DNA from: Bacillota bacterium
Lineage (GTDB): Bacteria > Bacillota > Sulfobacillia > Sulfobacillales > JAIMBI01
Direction of reading: 5' to 3'
Assembly (NCBI GenBank): GCA_021820465.1
Contig: JAKADP010000004.1
Location: 11,319 to 75,318 of the forward strand
DNA length: 64,000 nucleotides
Numbering within the stretch: the first letter of the stretch is position 1; every line of letters begins with the position of its first letter. The position numbers and the translations under genes are program-made. This document shows positions 18,145 to 27,934 of this stretch, one piece after another. The notes beneath the pieces were generated by a model. That model was given only the letters and a program-made list of their open reading frames with translations, was not told the DNA's origin and did not search any database.

Positions 18145-19106
18145 CGGGGGCGCCGGTGTTGGCAGACGATGTGCTGGCGGGCCAGCGGCGTGCCGTGTCC
18201 CGGGCGCTCACCGTGGTCGAGCGCGGTGGTCCCGAGGCGGAGGCTCTCCTGCAGACGCTTTTGCCCCACACGGGCCACGCGCATGTGGTGGGCATTACCG
18301 GGGCACCGGGGGTGGGCAAGTCCACCCTCGTGGATGGCTTGGCCTTGGCCGCACGCGGGCAGGGGCAAACGGCGGGCATCATCGCCGTAGACCCCTCGAG
18401 TCCGTTTACCGGCGGTGCGATTTTGGGTGACCGGATCCGAATGCAGGACGCCACCATGGACCCCGGCGTATTTATGCGGAGCCTGGCCAGCCGGGGCCAG
18501 ACCGGCGGCTTGTCGCGGGCAGCCGCCGCGTCACTCACCGTGCTGGATGCGGCGGGATTCGACTGGGTGCTGGTCGAGACGGTCGGGGCGGGGCAGAGCG
18601 AAATCGAGATCATGGCGCTGGCCGAGTCCGTGATGGTGGTGCTCGCTCCAGGTTTGGGCGATGACATACAGGCCATCAAGGCCGGGATTTTGGAAATTGC
18701 AGATGTGTTCGTGGTGAACAAGGCAGACCGCCCCGGCGCGGACACCAGCGTGAGGGAGCTGCGCGCCATGCTGCGGCTGGCAGCCGAGCCGCCCCCCTGG
18801 ACCCCTCCCATCCTGACCACGGTGGCCGCCGAGCGGCGCGGTCTGGAGCGCATCCTGGAGGAGCTGGCCCGCCATCGCGCGTTTCTGGAGGAGACCGGCC
18901 GCCGAGCCGAGCGGCGCACCCACCAGGTGGAAACCCTCGTGCGCCAGGCGGTGTGGGATGCTGTCGCGCGGCGACTGGCCGCTGCCCGCGAAGACCCGGG
19001 CTGGGCACGGGCTCTCACCGCCGTGGCGGCGGGCACGCGCGACGCCAGTGGATTGGCGGATCAAGTCTTGCGAGGGGCTGGAGGCATGGCCGATGGAATT
19101 CACTGA
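18141..19106 (+). CDS. meaB: methylmalonyl-CoA mutase-associated G-protein chaperone MeaB/ArgK
   Basis: [16 protein letters not shown]-loop, [15 protein letters not shown], and VNKAD (NKxD). Confidence 0.9.
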   Translation: MTGAPVLADDVLAGQRRAVSRALTVVERGGPEAEALLQTLLPHTGHAHVVGITGAPGVGKSTLVDGLALAARGQGQTAGIIAVDPSSPFTGGAILGDRIRMQDATMDPGVFMRSLASRGQTGGLSRAAAASLTVLDAAGFDWVLVETVGAGQSEIEIMALAESVMVVLAPGLGDDIQAIKAGILEIADVFVVNKADRPGADTSVRELRAMLRLAAEPPPWTPPILTTVAAERRGLERILEELARHRAFLEETGRRAERRTHQVETLVRQAVWDAVARRLAAAREDPGWARALTAVAAGTRDASGLADQVLRGAGGMADGIH

Positions 19107-20253
19107 GGACGAGCAGGCCATTGCCGACGCTGTCCGCCAGCTGGTGGCGACGGCGATTGCGCCGACGAGTGACCAAAACGACCGGGATCAGGTGTATCCC
19201 CGAGAAAACCTCCGGGTGCTGGGCCAACACGGCTACCTCGGCATGACGGTGCCGGCTGAGGAGGGCGGGGGCGGCACCAGCTACTTGGCCCAAACCCTGG
19301 TCGTGGAGGCTATTGCCTACGGCGACCCCGCCACGGCGGTCGTGTATGAGGTGCACAATTCCCTGCATCTCGAAGCGATTCATCGGTATGGCACGGAGGC
19401 CCAGAAGGCCCGATGGCTGCCGTCCCTCATTGCGGGGCAGCACATTGGGGCCTTTGCGCTAACCGAGCCGGACGCGGGCTCCAATGCCGCCGCGCTGGCT
19501 ACGGTGGCAGAGCCGGGCGAGGGCGGATACCGCCTGCGAGGCGGAAAAGTCTTCATTACAGGGGCCGGGGAGGCGGACCGCTACTTGGTGTTTGCCCGCC
19601 TGCCCGGCACGTCGGGGCGGGACGGCATCACCGCCTTTGTGGTGGACAAGGAGGCACCTGGGCTCAGCTACGGGCGAGCGGAAGAGAAGATGGGGCTGCA
19701 CGCCGCGAAAACTGGTGCCCTGTTGCTGGACCAAGTGATGGTCCCCACCTCCGATCGGCTGGGGGTGGAGGGGGCCGGCTACGACATGGCGCTCCGCCTG
19801 CTGGAAGGGGGGCGCATTGGGATCGCGGCCCAGGCGCTGGGCATGCTGGGCCGCGCGCTCGACCTGTCGCTTACGTATGCCCGCACCCGAAAGCAATTTG
19901 GCCAAGCCATCGGCCGGTTCGAAGCGGTCCAGTTCAAGTTGGCCGACATGGCCACCGACCTGCACGCCGGCCGCCTGTTGGCTTACGACGCCGCGCGGGT
20001 CCGCGACGACGCGCAGCGCGGCCGCATGGCCGCCGCGATGGCCAAGCTGTTCTGCTCCGAGGCGGCCGTGCGGCACTGCCTGGCCGCCATCCAGGTGCAT
20101 GGCGGCTATGGCTACATGCGGGAGTACCAAGTCGAGCGCCTCCTGCGCGACGCCAAGGTGACCGAGATTTACGAGGGCACGTCGGAAATCATGCGGCTCG
20201 TGATTGGCAGCCAGCTGCTGCGCGGCGATGCGGCCCCGCGGCTGGAGGCCTGA
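19093..20253 (+). CDS. acyl-CoA dehydrogenase
   Basis: Track ORF trimmed to [19 protein letters not shown] and a C-terminal ...YEGTSEIMRLVIG are typical ACAD motifs. Confidence 0.9.
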   Translation: MEFTEDEQAIADAVRQLVATAIAPTSDQNDRDQVYPRENLRVLGQHGYLGMTVPAEEGGGGTSYLAQTLVVEAIAYGDPATAVVYEVHNSLHLEAIHRYGTEAQKARWLPSLIAGQHIGAFALTEPDAGSNAAALATVAEPGEGGYRLRGGKVFITGAGEADRYLVFARLPGTSGRDGITAFVVDKEAPGLSYGRAEEKMGLHAAKTGALLLDQVMVPTSDRLGVEGAGYDMALRLLEGGRIGIAAQALGMLGRALDLSLTYARTRKQFGQAIGRFEAVQFKLADMATDLHAGRLLAYDAARVRDDAQRGRMAAAMAKLFCSEAAVRHCLAAIQVHGGYGYMREYQVERLLRDAKVTEIYEGTSEIMRLVIGSQLLRGDAAPRLEA

Positions 20254-20258
20254 CGACC

Positions 20259-21014
20259 ATGGACGAGCCCATTCGGGTGGCGCTGGCGGGGGCAACGGGC
20301 CGCACGGGCCGTGCCGTCGGGCGCGCCATCGCCGCGGCGAGCGACATGGTGCTGGTCGCGGCCCTGGGACGCTCGCACGCCGGCGCGCACTTGGGCGCGA
20401 TCTGGGGCGACGAGGCGGTGGACCTGACGGTCGTGGGCACGGTCGGGGAAGCGGCGATGCAGTATCCCACGGTGCTGGTGGACTTCACCGAGCCCACTTC
20501 GGCGTATCCGCGCCTCCTGGACGCGGTGGACCGGGGGTGGTCCATTGTCGTGGGCACGACCGGCTTTTCGCGGGACCAGCGCACGGAGCTGGCACGGCGC
20601 ACCGCCGCGAGCGGGGTGGCGGCGGCGCTCATTGCAAACTTCTCGGTGGGGGCGTGGCTGTCCGAGCGCCTCGCTGAGGAGGCGGCTCGCTTTTTTCCGG
20701 ATGTGGAGATCGTCGAGGCCCACCACGCCACCAAGCGCGATCGCCCATCGGGCACGGCGCTCAGGATGGCCAGCTTGCTGGCGGCCGCTACGCGCCGGGA
20801 TCCCGAGTCCATTCCCGTCCACAGCATGCGGCTGCCCGGCCTGGTGGCGCACCAAACCGTGGTATTCGGGGCCGAGGGCCAAGTGCTTACGCTGCGGCAT
20901 GATGTTCACGACCGATCGGCCTACGCGGCGGGCGTTTTGGCGGCGATTCGCCGCCTGCCGTCGCTGACCGGGCGGCTTGTCGAAGATTTGGGCGCCCTCA
21001 TGCCGACTCCCTAG
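20259..21014 (+). CDS. dapB: 4-hydroxy-tetrahydrodipicolinate reductase
   Basis: Track ORF 19413..21014 trimmed to MDEPIRVALAGATGRTG. EAHHATKRDRPSGTA is the DapB signature. Confidence 0.85.
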   Translation: MDEPIRVALAGATGRTGRAVGRAIAAASDMVLVAALGRSHAGAHLGAIWGDEAVDLTVVGTVGEAAMQYPTVLVDFTEPTSAYPRLLDAVDRGWSIVVGTTGFSRDQRTELARRTAASGVAAALIANFSVGAWLSERLAEEAARFFPDVEIVEAHHATKRDRPSGTALRMASLLAAATRRDPESIPVHSMRLPGLVAHQTVVFGAEGQVLTLRHDVHDRSAYAAGVLAAIRRLPSLTGRLVEDLGALMPTP

Positions 21015-21252
21015 CCGCTCGCCGCTATGGGCTCGACCGAGGCTGGCCCGCCCGGCGCTCCAGCACATCCCGCAGCACGTCGTGAAATTTTGTTACGGCA
21101 GGGCTTCGGGCCGGGACCGGTGGGGGCGATGCGGCCCCGCTGGCGCGCACGCGCACGGAGAGGGCGTCCAGCGCCCCGCGGGCGTCGGGCACCACCGGCA
21201 ATTTTTTTCTGCTCATAATCGGAGGATTCCCCGCGTGCGGCCCCGCCTTGCA

Positions 21253-21291
21253 GGGGCAAAAACAATCGGGGCTGCTTGCGCAACCCCGATT
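21253..21291 (-). terminator. intrinsic terminator after tRNA-Pro
   Basis: On the minus strand, an 8-bp stem AATCGGGG/CCCCGATT (21264-21291) is followed by GTTTTTGC. Confidence 0.6.
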
Positions 21292-21295
21292 CACA

Positions 21296-21372
21296 TGGTC
21301 GGAGAGACAGGATTCGAACCTGCGACCTCCTGCTCCCGAAGCAGGCGCGCTACCAAGCTGCGCTACTCCCCG
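21296..21372 (-). tRNA. tRNA-Pro (anticodon CGG), CCA encoded
   Basis: Hand-folded with CGGGGAG acceptor, anticodon arm CCTGC/TTCGGGA/GCAGG, and T-loop TTCGAAT. Confidence 0.9.
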
Positions 21373-21383
21373 ATGCCACGGTA

Positions 21384-21412
21384 AGTATAGCGCACGCGGG
21401 TCGCCAGCGCAA
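21384..21412 (-). promoter_or_regulatory. promoter of tRNA-Pro (TTGCGC-17 nt-TATACT)
   Basis: On the minus strand the -35 is at 21412-21407 and the -10 at 21389-21384, 11 nt upstream of the tRNA 5' end. Confidence 0.6.
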
Positions 21413-21589
21413 TGCGGGTGCGGACGCGCCGCCATCCTGGGGGCTTGCCCGCGGCGCCGTGCCTGGCGTCTGCCGCGCGGCGGCGCGACTCTGCCGAGCG
21501 ACTAAACTAAAATGAGGGGTGCCACTAATGACGGGGGCGGACGCGAATGGCAGGCGGGCCATCATGCGTCGCCACAGGAGGCTTGCAGG

Positions 21590-22381
21590 ATGACAGTGAA
21601 CGAGACCGAGCCGCTGGTGCTTCGTGACAACCAGTGGCTGGCCCAGCACATTGTGCGGCTGACCTTGAACCATCCGGCCAAGCGCAATGCGCTGTCCCAA
21701 GCGATGCTCCAGGGGCTCCAAGACGCGGTGGAGGGCGTGGCGCCCGAGGACGCGAGCGTCATTATCATCAGGGCTGCCGGCCCGGCCTTCAGCGCGGGCC
21801 ACGACCTCAACGAAATTTTACAGGGCACCCACGACGAGGCAGTCGCGGTGTTTGAGGCGTGTGAGCGGGCGATGCACGCCATTCGCCAGGCTCCGCAAAT
21901 TGTGGTGGCGGAGGTAGAGGGCTGGGCCACGGCGGCGGGCTGCCAGCTGGTCGCCACCTGCGATGTGGCCGTGGCGTCATCGACCGCGCGATTTGCCACG
22001 CCGGGTGTGCGCATCGGATATTTCTGCGTCAGCCCCGGTGTGGCGTTGTCCCGCAACGTGGGGATGAAGGCGGCGGCGGCCATGCTGTTTACGGGGGAGC
22101 CCCAGACGGCCGCGCAGGCGCTCGCGGCGGGGCTGGTCAACCAAGTGGTGCCGCCAGAGGAGCTGGAGGCCGCCAGCCTCGCCATGGCGCGGTCCATTGC
22201 GCGGTTCAGCCGACATGTGCTGGCACACGGCAAGCAGCACTTCTACCGCCAGCTCGCGATGGGTTACGACGACGCGGTTCGCTATGCCAGCCGCGTGATG
22301 GTGGAGCAGCGCGCCATGCCGGATGCTCGAGAGGGGATTGCGGCCTTTTTGGCGAAGCGGGATCCCGTGTGGCAGCCCTGA
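21590..22381 (+). CDS. enoyl-CoA hydratase/isomerase (crotonase) family protein
   Basis: Trimmed to MTVNETEP after an ACAGGAGG SD. Crotonase-fold motifs (…NHPAKRNAL…, …GAGPAFSAGHDL…). Confidence 0.85.
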   Translation: MTVNETEPLVLRDNQWLAQHIVRLTLNHPAKRNALSQAMLQGLQDAVEGVAPEDASVIIIRAAGPAFSAGHDLNEILQGTHDEAVAVFEACERAMHAIRQAPQIVVAEVEGWATAAGCQLVATCDVAVASSTARFATPGVRIGYFCVSPGVALSRNVGMKAAAAMLFTGEPQTAAQALAAGLVNQVVPPEELEAASLAMARSIARFSRHVLAHGKQHFYRQLAMGYDDAVRYASRVMVEQRAMPDAREGIAAFLAKRDPVWQP

Positions 22382-22435
22382 GCAGCCGGTGAAAATATTT
22401 TGGCGTGGGAGCCCCCGAAACCGCCTCAGGACGTT

Positions 22436-22463
22436 TCAAAAATTCTGGACACGTGTTATGGTG
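22436..22463 (+). promoter_or_regulatory. sigma-A-like promoter (TTCAAA-16 nt-TATGGT with TGT extension)
   Basis: -35 at 22436-22441 and -10 at 22458-22463. Followed by a leader of about 210 nt before the SBP gene. Confidence 0.5.
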
Positions 22464-22675
22464 CACGCGTAGGAGGAGCGAAACTTTATGCGGCGCTTAG
22501 CCAACGGTTAGCGAACGCTTAGGTCGCTCGCTCCTATCCCGCCTCTTTGGTGAACCACGGACGACACGCAATGCGTCACTTGGGGATCGCGGCGGGCCTT
22601 GCCTTACAAAGTTCGGAGGCGCCATTCGGGATTGCACAGCCGCGCCGCGGCAAGGTCAACAACGGAGGTGAATGC

Positions 22676-24445
22676 GTGCGCGCGATAGTCAACCCCCGCT
22701 GGATGCGGTGGGGAATGATGGCGGTGGGATCCCTAGGGCTCATCCTGGCGGGGTGCGGCAGCTCGTCGACTCCGACAGCAGCCACCGTGAAGAGCGTGAC
22801 GCTGGTGGGGGGCGTGGCGACGGAGCCCACATGGTGGTTCCCCGTGGACCCCGTGTCGTACAACTCGACGTCCAACGACGTGACGGGGCTGATGTGGAAG
22901 GGCTTGTTCCACATCTCCAAGAACGACACCATCAACTACAGCCGCTCCATAGCGTCCAGCATCACGCCGAGCAACAACGACACCGTCTTTACGATAAAAT
23001 TTAATCCCAAGTGGCATTGGTCCAACGGGACGCCGGTGACCGCGTACGACAGCGCGTTCACCTGGCAGATCTACAAGGCGTCCAGCGTCTCATCGGCTCC
23101 GTGGGAAAACAGCAGCGTGGGAGGCACCAGCTTCGACCGCATCAAGTCGGTCGTGGCCACCAACGCCAGCACGCTGGTGGTAACCATTACGCAGCCCTCC
23201 AACCCCGTGTGGGTGGAGCTGAACGTCTTGGGCTATCCGACGCCGGTGCCGGTGAAGGTCTGGAACCACTACCCGGATCCCTCGAACCCGAACCTCGTGA
23301 ACCCCGCAGACATGACCAAGGAGCTGAAGTGGCTCTTGCAGGTGGGCCGCACGCCGATGGCTCCCCAGTTCCGCGTGGTGGACGGCCCGTACGATGTCAC
23401 CAAGTTCATCAACAACGACTACTGGGTGATGAGCGCGAACCCGAAGTACGACGGGCACCAGCCGGCCATTAAGACACTGGTGTACCAGTACGAGACGTCA
23501 TCGGCGCGGGTGTATGTCGGCCTGAAGAGCGGCCTGCTGGCGGAGGCTTCGCTGCCGTCCGCCTACACGGCTGATGCGCACAGCTTGAAGGGCTATCGAG
23601 CGGCCAACGCGGGATACGTCATCAGCTACAACCTGCTGCAGCCCAACTTTCACAGCAATGCGCCGGTGATCGGCGGGCTGTTCAACAAGCTGTACTTCCG
23701 GCAGGCGATGCAGATGGGCATCAACCAAGCTGCCATCGCCCAACACCTGTACCATGGCTTTGCGACTCCGAGCTGCACGGTGGTGGCACAGAAGCCGACC
23801 AATCCGTACTACGACAAGAACGTGCACTGCTACCCCTACAATCCGGCCGCGGGCAAGAAGTTGCTGGAACAGCACGGGTGGCATCTCAACAGCAACGGCG
23901 TGATGACCCGCAATGGCGTCACCCTGTCGTTTCCGTTCCTGGTGATGTCGGGGTCAACAACAGACACCAACATCGTGCAGTACCTGAAGCAGAGCTGGGC
24001 GCAGGAGGGCATTAACGTCACGCTGGATCAGCAGCCCTTCTCCCAGCTGATCAACCTCATCACCAACCCGCAGAACACGGGCAAGTGGGACTTGGCCTGG
24101 TGGGGCGCGGGCTGGTACGAGGGCGAAGGCTACCCCAGCACCAGTCTCTACCTGACGGGAGCCACCAACAACTTTGGCGGCTTCTCCAGCAAGACGATGG
24201 ACCGTCTGGCCACCGCCGTCTACGCGCCGGGCACGCCGGCTCAGGCACAGCAGCGGCTAGACGCGTACGAAGAGTACGCGGCCATCAACCTGCCGGTCCT
24301 GATGATGCCGGAGTACGTCGGGGTGGGCACGCCTGCTCCGTACCGGATCATCAAAAACGGGCTGCACGGGGTGTCGAAGTACCACTCCCCGGTCAACGGC
24401 GGATCCGAGCCGTGGCGGTGGACGGTGACGTCCCCGTCTGTCTAG
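22676..24445 (+). CDS. ABC transporter substrate-binding lipoprotein, peptide/nickel (family 5) type
   Basis: GTG 22676 follows an ACGGAGGTG SD. Lipobox LILAGC. Length about 590 aa, with OppA/DppA-like sequence features. Confidence 0.8.
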   Translation: MRAIVNPRWMRWGMMAVGSLGLILAGCGSSSTPTAATVKSVTLVGGVATEPTWWFPVDPVSYNSTSNDVTGLMWKGLFHISKNDTINYSRSIASSITPSNNDTVFTIKFNPKWHWSNGTPVTAYDSAFTWQIYKASSVSSAPWENSSVGGTSFDRIKSVVATNASTLVVTITQPSNPVWVELNVLGYPTPVPVKVWNHYPDPSNPNLVNPADMTKELKWLLQVGRTPMAPQFRVVDGPYDVTKFINNDYWVMSANPKYDGHQPAIKTLVYQYETSSARVYVGLKSGLLAEASLPSAYTADAHSLKGYRAANAGYVISYNLLQPNFHSNAPVIGGLFNKLYFRQAMQMGINQAAIAQHLYHGFATPSCTVVAQKPTNPYYDKNVHCYPYNPAAGKKLLEQHGWHLNSNGVMTRNGVTLSFPFLVMSGSTTDTNIVQYLKQSWAQEGINVTLDQQPFSQLINLITNPQNTGKWDLAWWGAGWYEGEGYPSTSLYLTGATNNFGGFSSKTMDRLATAVYAPGTPAQAQQRLDAYEEYAAINLPVLMMPEYVGVGTPAPYRIIKNGLHGVSKYHSPVNGGSEPWRWTVTSPSV

Positions 24446-24455
24446 CGGCGATGTA

Positions 24456-24493
24456 CAGCGCCGGGCGCCCCGAGGCGCCCGGCGCTGTTGTTG
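24456..24493 (+). terminator. intrinsic terminator after the SBP gene
   Basis: 14-bp perfect stem CAGCGCCGGGCGCC/GGCGCCCGGCGCTG with loop CCGA, followed by TTGTTG. Confidence 0.75.
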
Positions 24494-24560
24494 CTGGCCG
24501 CCCAATTCCGGCCTGAGTCCGCCAGCGCGGCCGAACCCAACAAGAACGGGAGGAAGACCG

Positions 24561-27500
24561 ATGAGTGAGGCATCCAAGGACCTGGAGCTCGGGGCCATGC
24601 GCCGTGCGATAGAGAGCCAAGTGCCGTGGCGGCAGCTGGGACCATTTCGCGGGGGGCGCGTGGTGGCCGTGGCAGGGGACCCGCGCGACCCCAGCACCTT
24701 TTATTTTGGGGGCGCGGGTGGAGGGGTGTTTAAGACCCAGGATGGAGGCGCCACGTGGCGCAACGTGTCGGATGGATTTTTCCGCGCGGCGTCGGTGGGG
24801 GCGCTGGCCGTGTCGGATGCGGAGCCGTCGGTGGTGTACGCGGGCATGGGCGAGGCATGCATCCGCGGCAACGTGGTGGCGGGGGATGGCGTGTGGCGCT
24901 CTCCTGATGGCGGCGCCACGTGGGAGCACCGTGGGCTCGGCGCGACCCAACATATTGCGCGGGTGCGAGTGCATCCGCACCACGCAGACTGGGTGTATGC
25001 CGCTGTGCTGGGCCATGCCTACGGGCCGCATCCGGATCGGGGCGTGTATCGCAGCCGCGATGGCGGGAGGCAGTGGGAGAAAATTTTGTATCGAGACGAC
25101 CACAGCGGCGCGGCGGATCTTGCGATGGATCCGCGGCGGCCCAGCATTTTGTATGCGACCCTTTGGGACGCGCACCGCACCCCGTGGTCGCTGTCCAGCG
25201 GCGGCCCCGGGAGTGGCCTCTTTAAGAGCGTGGATGGCGGCGACACGTGGGTCGAGCTGACTCGTCGGCCCGGGTTGCCGCAGGGGGTGCTGGGGCGCAT
25301 GGGGGTGGCCGTCTCTCCGGGCACGGACGTCGTGTGGGTGATGGTGGAGGCGGCGTCCGGGGGCCTCTTTCGATCGGACGACGGCGGCGCCCACTTTGTG
25401 CGTGTGAGCGACAACCCGGACCTGATGCAGCGGCCCTGGTACTACATGCACGTGTTTGCGGATCCTCTGGATGTCGACACGGTGTACATCCTCAATCTCC
25501 GGCTGTGGCGCTCCAAAGATGGCGGGGCCCACTTTCAGGCGATTCCCACGCCGCACGGCGACAACCACGACCTGTGGATGGACCCAGAGCGCCCGGGGCG
25601 GTGGATCGAGGGCAACGACGGCGGGGCCTCGGTGTCGTACAACGGGGGGCGCACATGGACCCTGCCCTACAATCAGCCGACGGGGCAGTTCTATCACGTC
25701 ACCACGGACCGACAGTATCCGTTTCGGATTTACGGCGCGCAGCAGGACAACAGTACGATCATGCTACCCAGCTTCTCCGACAAAGGGGCGATTACGGCCG
25801 GTGACACGCATCCGGTAGGCGGCGGCGAGAGCGGGTACATTGCCGTGCGCCCGGACCAGCCCCACATTGTGTTTGCGGGGAACTACGCCTCGCGCCTGAC
25901 GCGGTATGACCACCGATCGCACCAGCAGGTGGACATTACCGTATGGCCCGAAGATCCCATCGGCTATGGGGCCGGCGATCTCCGATACCGCTTCCAGTGG
26001 ACGTTTCCGGTCGTGCTGTCTCCCCATGATCCCAATTGCCTCTACGCGTGCGGCAACCATGTCTTCCGCAGCTTGGATGGCGGACAGCACTGGGAGGTGC
26101 GCAGCCCCGACCTCACGCGGGGAGACCCGAAGACGCTGGGGTCGTCGGGCGGCCCCATCACCCAGGACAACGTCAGCACCGAATACTATGGCACGATCTT
26201 CGCGTTTGCGGAGTCGCCCTGCGAGCCGGGTGTCCTGTGGGCGGGATCGGATGACGGGCGGGTGCACGTGTCCACCACCAACGGGGAGGCGTGGGAGGAT
26301 GTGACCCCGCCGGACCTACCGGATTGGGCGCTCATCAGCATCATTGAGCCGTCGCCGCACGATAGCCAGACGGCGTACGTCGTGGCGACGCGGTACAAGC
26401 TGGATGACCGCACGCCGTACGTGTACCGCACCGACAGCCAGGGGCAGACGTGGCGTCGGGTGGACCAGAGCCTGCCGCCTGATGACTTTGCCCGGGTCGT
26501 GCGCGAGGATCCGCACTGTCCTGAACTTCTGTACCTGGGAAGTGAGTCCGGGCTCTACGTCTCATACGACGGCGGCAGGGCCTGGAGCCGGCTCGGGGGG
26601 CGATTCCCCGTCACGCCCGTCCACGACCTCGCTGTGCATGACGACAGCTTGGTGGTCGCCACTCATGGCCGCGGGTTCTGGATGTTAGACGACCTGACGC
26701 CCTTCCGGGAGGCGGCACAAGCGGGTGCCAGCGCCAAGGAGGCGCGGCTGTTTGCGCCGCCCACCGCCGTAAGGCGGCAGTCCGGCCGCCAGATGCGTGC
26801 GGAGCCGGCCGGAGGATTTCACACGTATAGGCAGGCGGCCGGCGAAATGGTGGTGGGCGAGGCGCTGGCCGACGGGTTCTCGCCCGCGACGGCCGGGGAG
26901 AACCCTCCCACCGGCGCCGTGCTCACGTATTATCTGCCCGCGCCGCCCGAGGGACCCGTGCACATCACGATTCGGACACGCGAGGGACAGGTGTTGCGCG
27001 AGGTGGCGAGTGACGACGGGAGCGCCTGGGGGCGGTCGCTCAGCCCGCGAGCAGGGCTTAACCAGGCCGTGTGGGACCTACGGGTGGCCCGGGGCGAAGA
27101 TCTGCCGGGGGCGCTCCTGTCCGGCTACTGGGGTGGCAGCACCATCGGGCCGGAGGTGCCGCCTGGACGCTACGGCGTGGAGGTGGCGACCGGCGCGGTT
27201 CGGCTATCCGGCTCGGTCACCGTGCAGCTGGATCCGCGGGTCGAAGACGTCACCCAGGAGGATCTGGAGGCGCAGTATGCCCTGTTGCTGGCCATTCGCG
27301 ACAAGCTGTCCGCGGTGCACCGGGCAGTCCTGCGCGCGCGTGAGGTGCGCGCGCACCTGACGGCGCAGGCGGAGCAGGTGGAGGCCATCGGGGAGACCGC
27401 CTTGGCGGGTGATGCCCGTGCCCTCGCCGCCAGCGTACTGGCGATTGAGGGGGAGCTGCACCAAGGCAAGAGTCGAGGGCGGGCTGATTCGTTCAACTAC

Positions 27501-27728
27501 CCGCCCAAGGTGAACAGCAAGCTGGCTTCCCTGCAGTCGACAGCGGCGTTTGGCCTCTCGCGGCCGCCTCAGCAGTGCTACGACGTGTTCGAGCGCCTGG
27601 CGCGCGAGGCGGATGGGCACCTCACGGCACTGGAGCATCTGCTGGCCGACGAGGTGGTTCCGCTGTCGCGGCGCCTGATGGCCGCGGTGCCTCCGCTGGG
27701 CGACACCACGGGCCGTGCCGACATGTGA
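24561..27728 (+). CDS. BNR/Asp-box repeat protein (sortilin/VPS10- or GH74-like double beta-propeller), 1055 aa
   Basis: About ten S/T-x-D-G-G-x-x-W boxes (TQDGGATW, SPDGGATW, SRDGGRQW, SVDGGDTW, SKDGGAHF, SLDGGQHW, SYDGGRAW...). No signal peptide seen. Confidence 0.8.
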   Translation: MSEASKDLELGAMRRAIESQVPWRQLGPFRGGRVVAVAGDPRDPSTFYFGGAGGGVFKTQDGGATWRNVSDGFFRAASVGALAVSDAEPSVVYAGMGEACIRGNVVAGDGVWRSPDGGATWEHRGLGATQHIARVRVHPHHADWVYAAVLGHAYGPHPDRGVYRSRDGGRQWEKILYRDDHSGAADLAMDPRRPSILYATLWDAHRTPWSLSSGGPGSGLFKSVDGGDTWVELTRRPGLPQGVLGRMGVAVSPGTDVVWVMVEAASGGLFRSDDGGAHFVRVSDNPDLMQRPWYYMHVFADPLDVDTVYILNLRLWRSKDGGAHFQAIPTPHGDNHDLWMDPERPGRWIEGNDGGASVSYNGGRTWTLPYNQPTGQFYHVTTDRQYPFRIYGAQQDNSTIMLPSFSDKGAITAGDTHPVGGGESGYIAVRPDQPHIVFAGNYASRLTRYDHRSHQQVDITVWPEDPIGYGAGDLRYRFQWTFPVVLSPHDPNCLYACGNHVFRSLDGGQHWEVRSPDLTRGDPKTLGSSGGPITQDNVSTEYYGTIFAFAESPCEPGVLWAGSDDGRVHVSTTNGEAWEDVTPPDLPDWALISIIEPSPHDSQTAYVVATRYKLDDRTPYVYRTDSQGQTWRRVDQSLPPDDFARVVREDPHCPELLYLGSESGLYVSYDGGRAWSRLGGRFPVTPVHDLAVHDDSLVVATHGRGFWMLDDLTPFREAAQAGASAKEARLFAPPTAVRRQSGRQMRAEPAGGFHTYRQAAGEMVVGEALADGFSPATAGENPPTGAVLTYYLPAPPEGPVHITIRTREGQVLREVASDDGSAWGRSLSPRAGLNQAVWDLRVARGEDLPGALLSGYWGGSTIGPEVPPGRYGVEVATGAVRLSGSVTVQLDPRVEDVTQEDLEAQYALLLAIRDKLSAVHRAVLRAREVRAHLTAQAEQVEAIGETALAGDARALAASVLAIEGELHQGKSRGRADSFNYPPKVNSKLASLQSTAAFGLSRPPQQCYDVFERLAREADGHLTALEHLLADEVVPLSRRLMAAVPPLGDTTGRADM

Positions 27729-27760
27729 CGGGCGCGCGCGACTCCCGTCTCGTGACTGCC

Positions 27761-27800
27761 GACATGCCCCATGGCCGCCCCCGGGGCCATGGGGCATGTC
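27761..27800 (+). terminator. 40-nt hairpin (16-bp perfect stem) after the BNR gene; possible terminator without a U-tract
   Basis: GACATGCCCCATGGCC-gcccccgg-GGCCATGGGGCATGTC read directly, 33 nt after the stop codon. Confidence 0.45.
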
Positions 27801-27934
27801 CCGTGTGGGCACTGCGACACCCCCTTGACGCCATTCAGGCAGGGCTTGCCGCCATCCCGGTCCTCGTCGTTACCGTGTGACCCTGCGTCACGCACGTCGG
27901 CTACGCTCTCTCGAGCCGTAGGACCCGGCGCAAC

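Noticed and set aside
21025-21216. 64-aa minus-strand ORF ([19 protein letters not shown]...) whose first ~20 residues resemble the N-terminal conserved block of alpha/beta-type small acid-soluble spore proteins (..LVPEAREALNQMK..).
   Set aside because: There is no SD before the ATG (upstream is CCTCC, the wrong strand sense). The second SASP block (GGE.TKR) is absent and the rest is Pro/Ala/Arg-rich. It sits between the tRNA-Pro terminator and the dapB end. It is probably a chance ORF, though it would merit a profile search if the organism sporulates.
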